Part shown: positions 23,964 through 40,010 of the stretch, piece by piece | How the letters are laid out: every line of letters starts with the position of its first letter | Numbering within the stretch: the stretch's first letter is position 1 | Source: the human T2T-CHM13v2.0 reference genome, Homo sapiens | Length of the DNA: 64,000 nt | Direction: 5' to 3' (one strand) | Assembly (NCBI RefSeq): GCF_009914755.1 | Contig: NC_060926.1 | Translations under genes and position numbers: made by a program | Notes under the pieces: generated by a model | The model's database searches: none | What the model was told of the DNA's origin: nothing | The model's input: only the letters and a program-made list of their open reading frames with translations

Positions 23964-26191
23964 TATGGCAATATGTAAGTTGGTCAATGTCTTGACTGTA
24001 TTTTGTTCCATCGATCTACTTTTATCCAAATATTATATTATCTTAATTACTGTAGGTTTATGTGTTAAAATCAGATGGTGCAAATATTCCTATTTTATTT
24101 TTTATTGATACATATAGTGGTACCTGTTTTTGAGGTAGATGTGATATTTTGATACATGCATACAAGGGGTAATGATAAAGCCAGAGCAATTGGAACATTC
24201 ATCAACTCAAATATTCCCTCTTCTTTATGTTGGAAACATTTCAATTTCTCTTATCCATCCATTTTGAACTGTACAAAAAATGATTTTTAACTATAGTCAC
24301 CCTACTGTACTATCAAATGCTGGCTCTTATTATTTCTATATAACTATATTTTTGTACCCACTTACCAACCTCTCTTCATCCTACTATATCTTTGATTCTT
24401 CTCAGTCTCTAATAACCACTAGTCAACTCTTCTATCTCCATGAAATCCACTTTTGTAGCTTCCACATATAAGTAAAAACATGTGATATTTATCTTTCTGT
24501 GTCTGGCTTATTTCACTTAACATAATGACCTCCAGTTCCATCCAAGTAACTGCAATTGGCAGGATTTTATTCTTTTTTATGGTTGAACAATATTGCATTG
24601 TGAATATGTGCCACATTTCCTTTATTCTTTCATTCATTAATTGACACTTAGATTGATTTCTTATCTTAGCTATTGAGAATAGTGCTGTAATAAACATGGG
24701 AGTGTAAATATCTCTTTGATATACTAATTTACTCTCTTTTGGATATTTATCTAGTAGTGGAGTTGCTAGATTATATGGTAGTTTATTTTTATTTCTTGAA
24801 AAACCTCCATAATGTTTTCCATAGTGGATGTACTAATTTACATTCCCACCAACAGTGTTACAAAATTCCCCTTTCTCCACATCCTTGCCAGCTTCTGTTA
24901 TTCCCTGTCTTTTTGATAAAGGTCATTTTACCTAGAGGGAGATAATATCTTCTTGTGACTTGAATTTGCATTTTCCTAATGATTATTGATATTGAGCAGT
25001 TTTTCATATACCTGTTGGTCATTTGCATTTCTTCTTTTGAGAAATGTCTATCCAGATATTTGGCCATTAAAATCAGATTTTTTTTTTTTACTTTTTGCTT
25101 TTGAGTTGTTTGAGTTCCTTATATATTCTGATTATTAATACTTTGTTGGATGAATAATTTGCAAATGTTTTCTTAACTTCTGTAGGTTGTCTTTTCACTT
25201 TGTTTATTGTTTTATTTGTTGTGCAGAAGCTTTTTAGTTTAATATAGTCCCATTTATCTATTATAGCCTTTGGTGTCTGTGCTTCTGAAGTCCTACCTAA
25301 AAAAAGTCTTTGCTTAGACCAATGTTATGAATCATTACCCCAATGGTTCTCTCTCGAGGTTTCATGGTGGTAGGTCATACATTTAAACTTTTATTCCATT
25401 TTGATTTCATTTGACTTGTAATATGGTGAGAGATAGAGATCTAGCTTAAATCTTCTGTATATGACTACCCACAGTTCCCAGCACCTTTTGTTGAAAAGAC
25501 TGCCCCCTTTTCAATGTATATTTGTGGTACCCCTGTCAACATTGAGTTTGCTATAAATTCATGCATTTATTTATGGGTTCTGTATTCTGTTTCATTGCTC
25601 TATATGTTTGCTTTTATGTTAGCGCTATGCTGTTTCTGTTGCTATGGCTTTGTAGTATATTTTAAAGTCAGGTAGTGTGGTAACTCCAGCTTTGTTATTT
25701 TTTGCTCAGAATTGTATTAGCTATTTAGGGTCTTTTGTGGTTCCATACAAATATTAGGACTTTTTTGTTTTATTTCTGTGAAGAACATCATTTATGTTTT
25801 CATGGGAATGTCATTAAGTCTACAGAATTTTTATTGTAGTATAGACATTTTAACTGTATTAATCATTCTGATCCATGAGCATAGGATGTCTTTGCATTTG
25901 TTTGTGTCCTCTTGAATTCTTTTTCATCATTGTTTCGTACCTTTCCTTGAGATCTTTCACCTCAGTTAAATTTATTCCTAGAGCTTTTTTTTTTTGTAGC
26001 TATTACAAATGGAATTTCCTTCTTGATTTTTTCTCAGCTAGTTTATTACTGGTACATACATGTGCTACTGTCTTCTGTGTACTGACTTTGTATGCAGCAA
26101 CCTTAATGAGTTTATTTATCAGTTCTAAGAGATTTTTGGTGGAATCTTTATGTTTTGCTAAATATAGTATGTCATGCATGCCCAAGAATAA

Positions 26192-26533
<342 letters not shown>

Positions 26534-26614
26534 TAGTCATATATGGCCTTTATTGTTTTAAGGTATGTTCCTTCTATACCCAGTTAAATTTGTTTGCTTG
26601 CTTATACTCAGTGA

Positions 26615-26747
26615 ATTATTTTTGTTTTCGTGGAGACAGAGTCACACTGTGTGGCCAGGGTGGTCTCTAACTCCTGAGCTCAAGTGATCCTCCCAGTTCG
26701 GCCTCCAAAAGTGCTGGAATTACAGGAGTGAGCCACTGTACCCAGCC
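26615..26747 (-). mobile_element. FLAM/AluJ left monomer
   Basis: gtggagacagagtcacactgtgtggccagggtggtctctaactcctgagctcaagtgatcctcc..gcctccaaaagtgctggaattacaggagtgagccactgtacccagcc. Confidence 0.85.
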
Positions 26748-27127
26748 TATGCTTAGGCTGTTTTTTGTTTTAAGAATTTTTTTATCACAGGTTATTGGAG
26801 AACAGGTGGTATTTGGTTACATGAGTAAGTTCTTTAGTGGTGATTTGTGAGATTTTGGTGCACCCATTTCCTGAGAAGTGTACACTGAACCCAACTTGTA
26901 GTATTTTATCCCTCACCCCCTTCCCAACCTTTCCCCTTGAGTCCCCAAAGTCGATTGTATCATTCTCATGCCTTTGCATCCTCATAGCTTAGCTTCCACT
27001 TATGAGAACATGCAATGTTTGCTTTTCCATTCCTAAGTTACTTCACTTAGAATTATAGTTTCCAATCCCATCCAGGTTGCTGCAAGTGCCATCAATTCAT
27101 TCTTTTATGGCTGAGTAGTATTCCATC

Positions 27128-27174
<47 letters not shown>

Positions 27175-27329
27175 TACATACATATATATATATAATCACA
27201 GTTTCTTTATCCACTCACTGTTTGATGGGCATTTTGGCTGGTTTCACATTTTTTCAGTTGTGAATTGTGCTGTTATAAACATGATTAAGCAAGTATCTTT
27301 TTCGTACAATGACATTTTCCTCTGGGTAG

Positions 27330-27805
<476 letters not shown>

Positions 27806-28125
27806 TTTTTTTCTTTTTCTTTCTTTTTTTTTTTTTTTTTTTTTTTGAGAAGGAGTCTCGCTCTTCCGCCCAGTCTGGAGTGCAGTGGTGCCATCTTGGC
27901 TCACTGCAACCTCCACCTCCAAGGTTCAAGCAATTCTCCTGCCTCAGTCTCCTGAGTAGCTGGGATTACAGGCACCTACCACCACACCTGGCTAATGTTT
28001 GTATTTTAGTAGAGACAGGGTTTCACCATGTTGGTCAGGCTGGTCTCAAACTCCTCACCTCAATTAATTAGCCCACCTCAGCCTCCCAAAGTGCTGGGAT
28101 TACACATAAGCCACCACACCTGGCC
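27806..28125 (-). mobile_element. AluS (Sx/Sz-like), directly abutting the AluY
   Basis: Full dimer with long T-tail; gcaacctcc, ttcaagcaattc, caggctggtctcaaactcc. Confidence 0.92.
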
Positions 28126-28710
28126 TATTTTTTTAATTTTTTGATTATGACCATTCTTGTAGGAGTAAGGTAGTATCACATTGTGGTTTTGAATTTTCCT
28201 GATTAGTGAGTTTGAGCATTTTTTTCATATTCTTGTTGGCCATTTATATAGTTTCTTTTGAGAACTGTCTATTCATGTCTTTAGCCCACTTTTTGATGGG
28301 ACTGTTTGTTTTTTTCTTGTTAATTTGTTTGAGTTGATTGTAGATTCTGGATCTTAGTACTTTGTCAGATGTATAGATTGTGAAGTGAGTTTTTATCATA
28401 AAGAGATGCTAAATTATGTTGAATGTTTTTCCAGCATCTATCAAAATGATCATACAGCTTTTGTTCTCATTAATGTGATGTAGCACGTTTATTGACTAGA
28501 ATATGTTGAACCATGCTTGCATCTCTGCGATGAATTTCACTTTATCATGGTGAATAACTTTTTAATGTGTTATTAAATTTGGTTTGATAGTATGTTGTCA
28601 AGAATTTTTACATCTAATTTCCTCAGGGTTTGGCCTGTAGTTGTTGTTGTTTCCTTGTCTGGTTTTCATATCAGCATAATACTAGCCATGCAGAATAAGT
28701 TTGAAAGTAT

Positions 28711-28720
28711 TCCTTCTTCT

Positions 28721-28752
<32 letters not shown>

Positions 28753-28859
28753 TTCTTCTTCTTCTTCTTCTTCTTCTTCTTCCTTCTTCTTCTTCTTCTT
28801 CCTTCTTCTTCTTCTTCTTCTTCTTCTTCTTCTTCTTCTTCTTCTTCTTCTTCTTCTTC
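28711..28859. repeat. (TTC)n / (GAA)n trinucleotide tract, ~49 units with a few interruptions
   Basis: Read directly from the sequence; it produces the poly-S/L/E/K artefact ORFs. Confidence 0.97.
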
Positions 28860-29280
28860 ACTTTTTTGGAATAGTTTGAGTAGAATTGGCATTGGTTTTT
28901 AATCTTTGGGAAAATTAGGCAGTGAAATCATCATGTCCTGGGCTTTTCTTTGATGGAGGACATTGGGTTACTGCTTGGATCCTATTACTCATTGTTGATT
29001 GCTCCAGTTTTCTATTTTGTTATGGGTCAGTCTTGGTAGATTTGGTATATCCATGAATTCATTTGTTTCTTCTAAGTTTTCCAATTTGTGCATAGGTGTT
29101 TATAATGTTCTCTAGTAACCCTTTGAATTTCTGTGTTATTAGTTGTTATGTATTCCTTTTTATTTTGGAATTTATTTATTTGGGGCTGTTCTCTTTTTTT
29201 CTTGGAAACTATGTTTATTATCTTTACAAAATTTTTTTATTGCTCTTTTGTATTTATTTGTCTCAATTGTGTTCATTTCT

Positions 29281-29315
<35 letters not shown>

Positions 29316-29545
29316 TATTTCCTTCCACCAATTTTGGCTTTGGTTTCTTCTTGCTTTTTTAGTTCCTTGAGGTGCATCATTAACTTGTTTATTTGAAGTC
29401 TTTCTACTTTTTTGATGTAAGTCTATTTATTGTTGTACACTTTCTTTTTAGCACTGCTTTTGTTGTATGGCATAGATTTTGATATGTTGTATCTTCATTT
29501 TCATTTTGTTCAAGAAATTCTAAAATTTTCTTTAACAATGAGCCA

Positions 29546-29752
<207 letters not shown>

Positions 29753-32700
29753 TAATTTCTTTATTGATCCAGTGATTCATTAAGAGCATGTTATTTAATT
29801 TTATGTGTTTGTAGTTTCCAAAGTTCCTCTTGCTATTGTTTTCTAGTTTTATTCCATTCCATTGTGGTTGGAAAAGATATTTGATATGATTTTAACTTTT
29901 CTGAATTTGTTGAGACTTACTTTGTGTATTTACATATGGTCTATCCTGGAGATTCTATCATATAATGATGCGAAAAATGTATACTCTTGAAGCAGTTGGA
30001 TAAAATTTTCTGTAAATGTCAGTTAGGTCCTGTAAAGGTCTATAGTGTAGTTTAATTCTGATGTTTCTTTGCTAATTTTCTGTCTCAATGATCTATCTGA
30101 TGCAAAGAATGGGATGTTCAGGCTCTCAAATATTATTGTATTGGAGTCTATCCCTCCTTTTAGATCTAAAAATATTTGCTTTATATATCTGGGTGCTCTA
30201 ATGTTGAATGCATATACATTTAGACTTGTTATATCCTCTTGCTGAATTTAACACATTATCATTATATAATGACATTCTTTGTTTCTTTTTAATGTTTTAG
30301 ACTTAAAATCTGTTTATCTCATATAGATATAGCTACTCCTAATCTTCTATGTTGCCATTTGCATAGAATATCTTTTTCCATCCCTTTACTCTCAGTTTAG
30401 GTATGTCTTTACAGGTAAAGTGAATTTCCTGCAGGTAGCATATGGTTAAATTGTTTTTGTTTTTATTGCTCTTGTTATTTGACCACTCTATGCCACTTAA
30501 TTGGAGAATTCAGTCTATTTACTTTCAGTGTTATTGTTGAGAGCTAAGGAGGTACTACTGTCATATTGTTACTTGTTTTTTGGTTGATTTGTAACTTCTC
30601 TTTTCCTTTTTTCCACCTTACTTACTGTCTTCCTTTGTGGTTACGTAATTTTCTTTGATAATATTTTTAAATGTGTTGCATTTTATTTTTGGTGTATCTA
30701 TGATAGGGTTTTGCTTTGTGGTTATCATGAGGCTTACAAAAATATCTTAAAGATATAAACAGTTATTGTAAACAGACAATTTTGACCATTAAGAAAAAAA
30801 AGAAACAAAAAAAGAGAAAGAACTGAAATACTCTACACTGTAACTCTATCCGCCAACATTTTGATTTCTTATGGTCTCAATTTACATTTTTTATATTGTC
30901 TATCACTTAACAGGCTTCTGTAAATGTTATTAGTTTTGATAGATTTGTCTTTTAGTCTTCAGACTGGAGATATAAGTGGATCACACACAATTACAATATT
31001 AGAGTGTTCTGAATTTTTTTGTGTACTTACTTTTATCAGTGAGTTTTACATCTTCAAATGTTTTCTTTTTCCACATTAGTGCTCTTTTGATTCAGGTTGA
31101 AGAACTTCCTTTAGCATTTCTGTAAGACAGATCTAGTGATGATTTTTCCCCCCAGCTTTTGATTTTCTGGGAAAAATTTTTTCTCTCCTTAATGTTTGAA
31201 GAAAATCTTTGCTGGGCATAGTGTTCTCAGTTGACAGTTAAGATTTTTTCCAGCACTTTCCATATACCTTCTCTCCCTCCTTTCCTTCATGGGTTCCTCT
31301 GGGAAGTATGTGGCCAAACAAAGCAGATCTCCCTTTATGTGTTATTTGCTTCTTTTATTTTTGCTGTTTTAAGATCCTCTCTTTGTTCTTGACCTTTGAG
31401 CATTTGATTATTATATACCTTGGGATAGTCTTCTGTTGAATCTGTTTGGTGACATCTAACCTCGCCATGCCTAGATTTATATATATTTTTCTAGGTTTGG
31501 AGTGTTTTATATTATCATATTTTTGAATACGTTTTCTGCCTCTTGCTTTTTCTCACCTCCCTCTTGAACATGAATGACTTAGATTTATACTTTGATATTA
31601 TTTTCTATATCCTGTCAGATTTTTTTATTCTTTTTTTCCCCTGACTGTATCTTTTCAAACAGCCTGTCTTTGAACTCACTGGTTCTTTTCTCTACTTGAA
31701 TCCATTCTGCTATTGAGAGCCTCTAATGCATTTTTTTATTCCGCAAATGTATTCCTTAGTTCCAAGACTTCTGTTTGATTTGTATAAATTATTTTAATAT
31801 CTTTGTTAAATTTCAATACATTTTTGCATTGCTTTTTTGTGTTATATTGAAGTTTGCTGACTTTCCTTAGAATTGCTATTTTGAATTACTGATTTAGATG
31901 CTCACAAATCATAATCTCATTAGGGTTGATCACTGCCTCCTTATTTTGTCCATTGGGGTGATCATGGGTTTCTGTTTGCTGTTATGTATAGCTGTTGCTT
32001 CACATTGAATAATTAGTTATTTATTCCAGCCTTTGCTGTCTGGCTTGTTTTGGTCTTTCTAGGGCATAGTTGCTTAGAGGTCTTTGCAGTTGCCTTTTGA
32101 GTCCCCTTTATCCTAGATCTCTGCTTCTTTTCAGCACTAGCTTGTGCCTTAAGCCCAAATTTGCCTCAGCTCTCATAAACATTCAGAGCGCTCCCCATCC
32201 TTAATTGGAGTGGGGGTGGGCAAAGCAGATAGCCCAGCTGTGTAAGATGGCTGGCTAGGGGTTCATGCACAGAAGACTCATGAGTGTGCCTCCTACAGGA
32301 TGGTGCTGCTTAATATCTACTTTGATTTGCCATCTCCTTTGACTGAAATAAAGAGCACAGTTTGTCAGAGGCTGAGCTTTCTAGTCCTACCACCCCTCTT
32401 TGCCTAGAAATGCTCTCAGAGTTTTTTCTTTCTACATGCACCTGCAGTGCTTTTCATGGGTTAAGGCAGGTTCCTGAATGTGAACCTAAGATAGTGAGAA
32501 AGCTGGATGTCTGCCTCAATCTCATTTTTTCCAGTAAAACAACTCTGAGTTCAGTGGGAATTTCCTGCATGTGGTGCTTGGCAGATTGGGGAAGGCTTTA
32601 CTTGGATAGAGAAGGTCATTTCTTTTACCATCTTCTCAGAGTCTTTCAATTTTCGGTGTGCTTAGGGATTGTCTCAGTGTTTGATCTCAGTTCTGGATAT

Positions 32701-32805
32701 TGCTGATGATAAGCTTGGTGCTGTGTTTTTTTCATTTTGTTTTGTTTTCTGTAAGGACCATGAACTCAGGTTGATTCTACTATGCCATTTTGGTGACATC
32801 ACTTT

Positions 32806-33265
32806 CACTCTTGACTATTATCACAATGGATTAATTCTGCCTATTTGTTGATTTTATGTAAATAAAATCATATAATGTGTAACACTGTTTAACAATTCAT
32901 TATTTCAACATTATGTTTAGAGGTTAATTCATGTTTTTATATTACCATTAGTTTGCATTTTTGTTGCTATTTTGTATTCCATGGTATAAACTAAAAGGTA
33001 TTTATTTTACTATAGATGGAAATTTGAATTGTTTCTAATTGTGATTATTATTAATTGTGCTTCTGTGAGTATACTTGTGTGTGGCCTTTGTTGCATACAT
33101 TTACATATTTCTGTTATGTGGGAAGAAATACTGGGTAACAGGGTTTGCTTATACTCTGCTGTAGTGTCTACTGCCACACAATTTTCCAAAATGGTTGAAT
33201 CAACTTAAAATCCCACCAGCAATGTAGGATAGTTCCAGTTATTCCACATCCTAAACCAATACTAT
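32806..33265 (-). mobile_element. Old L1M 3' region, right half (continuation of 20945-21156)
   Basis: actcttgactattatcacaatggattaattctgcctatttgttgattttatgtaaataaaatcat..ttttccaaaatggttgaatcaacttaaaatcccaccagcaatgt. Confidence 0.7.
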
Positions 33266-33822
33266 TACTGCTCCCAAATCAAAAAAAAAAAAAAAACAGA
33301 GATACTTTCATATCTTCTTTTCAATGCTTAATAGGAGTGATAATATTGGGCCTCTGTGTGTGTTTCTTGATTACAGAGGTAAAACTGCCAACATTAACCT
33401 TTAAGAATAACATTTTCTCCAAGTTTGTTATACATAATCTTTACCAGAATAAGGCAATTATATTAATAGACATCAATAGTTTTAATTGTGATGGATGTTA
33501 TTTGTATATATTTTTTCTATCTGGACATAATTATTTTTAATTTCTTTTTTCAACTAATATAATAAAATGCCTTTAATTTTAATTCTTAATCCACTCTTAC
33601 ATTATGATTTCCCATTGTATTTTATCTTCTTTTATAGCAATACATACTGTGTTACATATTCTAAGGCCATGCTATGAAGTACACATAAATTTGTAATAGC
33701 TGTCTTCCCTGTGGCTTGACTCTTATACCATGATATATTATTTTCATTCATGCTCTTGAGCTAAACTCTATTTGTAATCATTTTAATTTCTTGGTAATAA
33801 ATTTTCACATCATGTTTATTCT

Positions 33823-34101
33823 GAGAGGGAATCTCACTCTGTCTCCAGGCTGGAGTACAGTGGCACGATCTCAGCTCACCACAACCTCTACCTCCTGGGT
33901 TCAAGCGATTCTCATGCCTTAGCCCCCCAAGTAGCTGGAATTACGGGTGTGTGCCACCACACCCAGCTAATTTTCATATTCTTATTAGAGAAGGGGTTTC
34001 ACCATGCTGGCGAGGATGGTCGCGACCTACTGACCTCATGATCCACCCGTCTTGGCCTCCCAAAGTGTGGGGATTACAGGCATGAGCCACTGCACCCGGC
34101 C
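33823..34101 (-). mobile_element. AluSc-like element with no poly(A) tail
   Basis: Full dimer with Sc-type deletions (ctgtctccaggc, gacctcatgatcc); TSD catcatgtttattct at 33808-33822 and 34101-34115. Confidence 0.92.
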
Positions 34102-35103
34102 ATCATGTTTATTCTTATACTTCCAAACTTCATGGGCTCTTACCTACTTTTCTTAGATTTAATAATTTAACTATGAGGTGCTTACATGTGGCTTTTATTA
34201 CATTTATTTGAGTTTGTGTTGTAAAATGCTTTGAATTTGTGTATTTATGTCTATTGTTCATTTTTAAAACTTCGCAGCCACTATATCTTTACCTAATGGT
34301 TTGGCCCTGTCTTGCCTCTCTTTCAGAGATTCTAATTATATGTAAGTAAGTTATCTTACCATTTTCCATATGTCTCTCATGCTCTTCTCCTCCTTCCTTG
34401 TTTCCTCTTCCTCCTCTTCCTCCTTTCTTCAGTTGCTTGTACTCCAGCCAGGATAGTTTCTACAAAAGTTTCTTAATCCTTTCTTTAGTTGCTGCTCATT
34501 TGCTGTAAACCCAGATATTGAGTTATTGATATGTTATTTTTTTAATTCTAAAGTTCTTTTTGATTATTTTATAGGTTATGCTTTATAATTCAATTATCCT
34601 ACTTGTCACTTATTTACTTGTATATGTTAATCAGAATTATAATGGTTTTTATATGTATTGCTTTCTTATATTTTTGAACCATTCTATGTAGTCATTAGTG
34701 ATACGCAATACATTGCAACTGCAAATATTAAAGGATTCAAAAATATACAATTTGACATGCACATGTATCTGTGAAAATAATCCCATACTCAAGACAATCA
34801 GCATATTAATAATTCCTAAAAGTTTCTGAAGCCACCAGATCTGCTGTTACTATAGATTGGTTTGCATATTCTAAAAATTTTATAAAAATGGAATCGTGAA
34901 TAGTGTACTGTTTTGTTTTTATTTTTGATTAATAGTTCATTGTATGAATATACTAAAATATGCTTATCCATTTACCATACGATGATCATTTGGGTTGCTT
35001 AGACATTTGCACACAAGTTTTGCTTTTGTGTTTATAATTAGCATTTGACTTCTTTCCTCTTGGGTAAATACCTAGGATAGAAATTGTTTAATCATATAGT
35101 AGA

Positions 35104-35535
35104 TAATACAGTTTGGATATTTGTCCCCTCCAAATCTTATGGTGAAATATGGACCCCAACGTTAAAGGTGGGCCAAGGTGGGAGGTGTTTTGGTTATGGA
35201 GGCAGATCTCTCAATAAAAACAGCTTGCTATGATCACAGTGATGAGTGGCTTCTTCCTCTATTTGTTCACATGCAAGCTGTTTGTTTCGAACAGTGTGGC
35301 ACCCTTCCCCCCCCCACCCCGCCCCTTTCTCACCCTTCCTTCCTCTTATCATGTGATCCCTGATCCTCTTCACCTTCCACCATGATCAAAAGTTTCCTGA
35401 AGCTCTCACCAGAAGCAGATACGGGCACCATGCCTATTTTACCATCTATAGGATTATAAGCCAAATAAACTTCCTTTCTTTGTAAATTACCCAGCCTCAT
35501 GTATTTCTTTACAGCAACGAAAATGGACTAAGATA
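35104..35535 (+). mobile_element. MSTB-like MaLR solo LTR
   Basis: gtttggatatttgtcccctccaaatcttatg..aaataaacttcctttctttgtaaattacccagcctca..agcaacgaaaatggactaagata; 5-bp TSD GTAGA (35099-35103 / 35536-35540). Confidence 0.9.
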
Positions 35536-36183
35536 GTAGATAAATATATAACATTTTAAGAAGCTGCTAAATTATTTTTCAAAGTAATGGTGACATTCCT
35601 ACTACATTCTCAACAACAGTATATGAGAGCTCCAGTTGTTCCATAGTCTTGCTCACTCTTTTTAATTTTAGCCAATCTAATAGCTATTTCCTTTTAATTT
35701 GGAATTGTCTAAGTACTAATAACTTTCAGCATCTTCTCATGTGTTTATTTGCCATGTACGTATCTTCTTCGGCAAAGCGCCTGTTCCAATATTTTCCCCA
35801 TTTTCTATTTGAAAAACTATTAGAACTAAAATGAGTGAGTTTTGAAAGCTTATATAATACAAGATCAATATACAACATTCATTTTTATCTCTACATATTA
35901 GCAGTATGCAATCAAATTTGAAATTTTAAAATCATCACATATGATATCATCATAAAATACTCAATACTTAATGATAAATCTGAAAAAAATATGTGCAAGA
36001 TTTGTACACTGAAGAATAAAAAGTTATTACAAAGTTAAAAAAACTAAATAAAAAGATATACCATGTTTATGATTTGAAAGACTCAATATTTTCAATGTAT
36101 TGATTCCTCTCCAAATAGACATAGATTAATATAATCTCAAACAAATGCAAGCAAGCTTTTTTTTCCATAAATTAGCTGATTCT

Positions 36184-37341
<1,158 letters not shown>

Positions 37342-37924
37342 AAATTAGCTGATTCTAAACTTCATGTAAAACTAAAAAGGGCTGAGAATATCTAGAATAA
37401 CTTTGAAAAAGAGCAAATTGGGAAAACTATCACTAATTGATGTCAAGACGTATAAAGATACAATAGTTAATAGCATGCGTTTTTTATATAAGTCAATGGA
37501 ACAGAATAGAGAGCACAGAAGAGATCTCCACATGTATGAACAACTGATTTTTCTCAGAGGCACAAAGACAATTAATGGAGAAAGAGTAGTTTTTTCCCAA
37601 GTGGTGCTCAAATATATGATGAGCTTTGATATATATCGCATATCATATACAAAAATTATGCAAAATAGATAATAGATTTAAAATTCATACCTAAAACTGT
37701 AAAATTTCTGAAAGTTACTATAGGAAAAAATTGTAATCTAGACTTAAGCAAGGATTTCTTAAATAATACATAAATAAAATCAATAAAAAATAAAATTGAT
37801 AGAGCGTCATTCTTTTATTTTTTAAAAGATACTGTTATATGAATAAAGGATAAGCCATTGATAAGTAGAAAACACTTCCAAATCATGTCTCTAATAAAAG
37901 ACCTCTATGTAAATATATAAAGCC

Positions 37925-38630
37925 CTTATCTTGCTATAATTCGACTATCTGGATCATCTGTAGGTTCCATCTCAGTGTCTATCTCTTGGTTTAAGGTCAT
38001 CTGGTCTTACCTACTGGCATATTTGGCAATTTTCATGGAATTCAATATTGTATTTATAAACTTGCAGTAATTCTGTACTATATTCTCTTCCTTCAGATAA
38101 AATTCACTTTTGTTTGGCAGGTAGTTACAGTAGAAACAATCAACACAATGCTAATTAAGAAATGAAATTGTTTGAGGGAAGATTTAAGCATATTTTGACT
38201 GCTTTTTTAAAATTTTGATTTGTTCTCTTTCCTAGGGTGTGGACTTCATCACAGCTCAAACTCTGGAATGTTAATCAAGTCCCCTCATTCCTAGTTGGCC
38301 CTGAAACCTAATTACTTTTTTACTCTAGTGACATAAGACTATAAAAAGCCTTACTTATATTTTTAGCTTCGAATTTGCAAGTTGGCTATCAGTATTCACA
38401 CGTTAAAAATCAACAAATGTCTCAAATGCAAAAGTGATAGAGGATTCTGGACTCACATAAATATGTTACTTTACCCTCTAAGATATTGATCCTCCAAATT
38501 CTGAATTGTTTGGCTCCTCAAATGATGATATCAAAGAGTTATTTTGTAAGATTAATTTTCTATAGCTTTTAGAGTAGTTGACAACAAGGATATTTGTCTG
38601 ATAGAAGATACTCTGTCATTGATGGAAGTG
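37925..38630 (-). mobile_element. Very old L1M/HAL1-like 5' region fragment, probably continuing ~34130-34640
   Basis: ataattcgactatctggatcatctgtaggttc resembles an old L1M antisense ORF1 region; highly diverged. Confidence 0.4.
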
Positions 38631-39219
38631 GATTTATCTCTCCCAGGTAATTTAATAAAATAAAGTCATTAAATATAAGACAGAAAATGCCATATAGTTT
38701 TCTCCAAGGGTTCTGAGCCATTCATAGAGTTCATATCATCAATCTTTACCATAACCTTGTCAACACTGGTAACTCATTAACTGTCCAAAGGTCACCCAAC
38801 AAACCCATGAGAGGTCCAGAAATAAAAGCTGAATGCTCAGCTTAATCCCCAGAGCCACATAGACTACTGATGCCTGGTATAAAAATTAATCTTGATTTAG
38901 GAAGTACTAAGTAATTCTATCAGTGAGCTATCTGTCATTTTCTCAGTCACATATCCTCTACAGAAAAAAGAAAAGGAGGAGATGAGATAATTGTGGTCTC
39001 AGATTTTCAGTAAGATTAGCGATGTGTTATTTTTAAAATATTAATTCTTATTTTTTTCTGTTTATGACAGTAAAATTCAAAGGGCAAAAAAAATCTGATT
39101 TCTGATTATGCTTACGAGAAACTTGGACAAAATGACAAACTGATCCTGTAGTTGGTGGATCCTGCATTAAGATGAGGTAGGAACCAGTACATGATTTCAA
39201 CATTCCCCCAGAAGTAACC

Positions 39220-40010
39220 ATTCAGTTATTTATTCAATAATTATTTATTCAATATAGACCATGCAAATGACATTATTTGTGCTAGTTGCATAGCAGTATA
39301 CAAAACACAGATGTCCCCAAACACATAAAACATACATTCTTGTAGAGAAAAGAGATAATAAATCAATATATAATGTACATGTCAAGAAGTAATAAATATT
39401 ATAAAAAAGTGGTGCCACTATAGAAAAGAGCAGGAATGCTATTTTAAACAGGGTGTCCAGGGAAGGCCTTTCTGAAAAAGTAACTTTTGAACAGAGGCTT
39501 TCATGAAATCAGGGTTAGAAAACAACCTTGTAAATTCTGTGGAAGTACATTCCAGGCAGATGGAAGAGAAAGTGGAAGGACTGTAAAACAGAAAAGGTTT
39601 TTGTATACTTGAGGAAGAACAAATAAGGCAACTATTGGAGTGCTGGGGGAAGATAAGGGGTTTGGAAATGAGATAGGATAGAGAAAAGATAGCAAAACCA
39701 GGTATGAACTAAGGACTTGAGTGAGAAGAACAAAAGTAGAGGAATAATAGAAACAGGGACACTAGTTAGGAAGCAGTAATCAAGGTGAGATAGTGGTGGT
39801 GTGGACTAAGATAGGGGGAGAGTTAGAGCTGAGAAGTGGAGGGACTTTGAGTAGACTTTGTTGATAGAAATGTCAGGATTTTCTGATGAATTAGATGTAG
39901 AAAAATGTGAGAAGCAGAGGTTTTTGGAAATGCAAATGGTAGAGTGGTGGTACACATTATAGAGAAAAATCACACTGGAAGAAAGGCAGATCTAGGGAGA
40001 AAATCACCAA
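39220..40010 (-). mobile_element. L2 3' region
   Basis: ttatttattcaataattatttattc..gctattttaaacagggtgtccagggaaggcctttctgaaaaagtaacttttgaacagag..gtacattccaggcagatggaa..aggattttctgatgaattagatgt. Confidence 0.8.

Noticed and set aside
28592-29396. Poly-S/L/E/K/F ORFs
   Set aside because: These are translations of the (TTC)n tract and a T-run inside a decayed L1.
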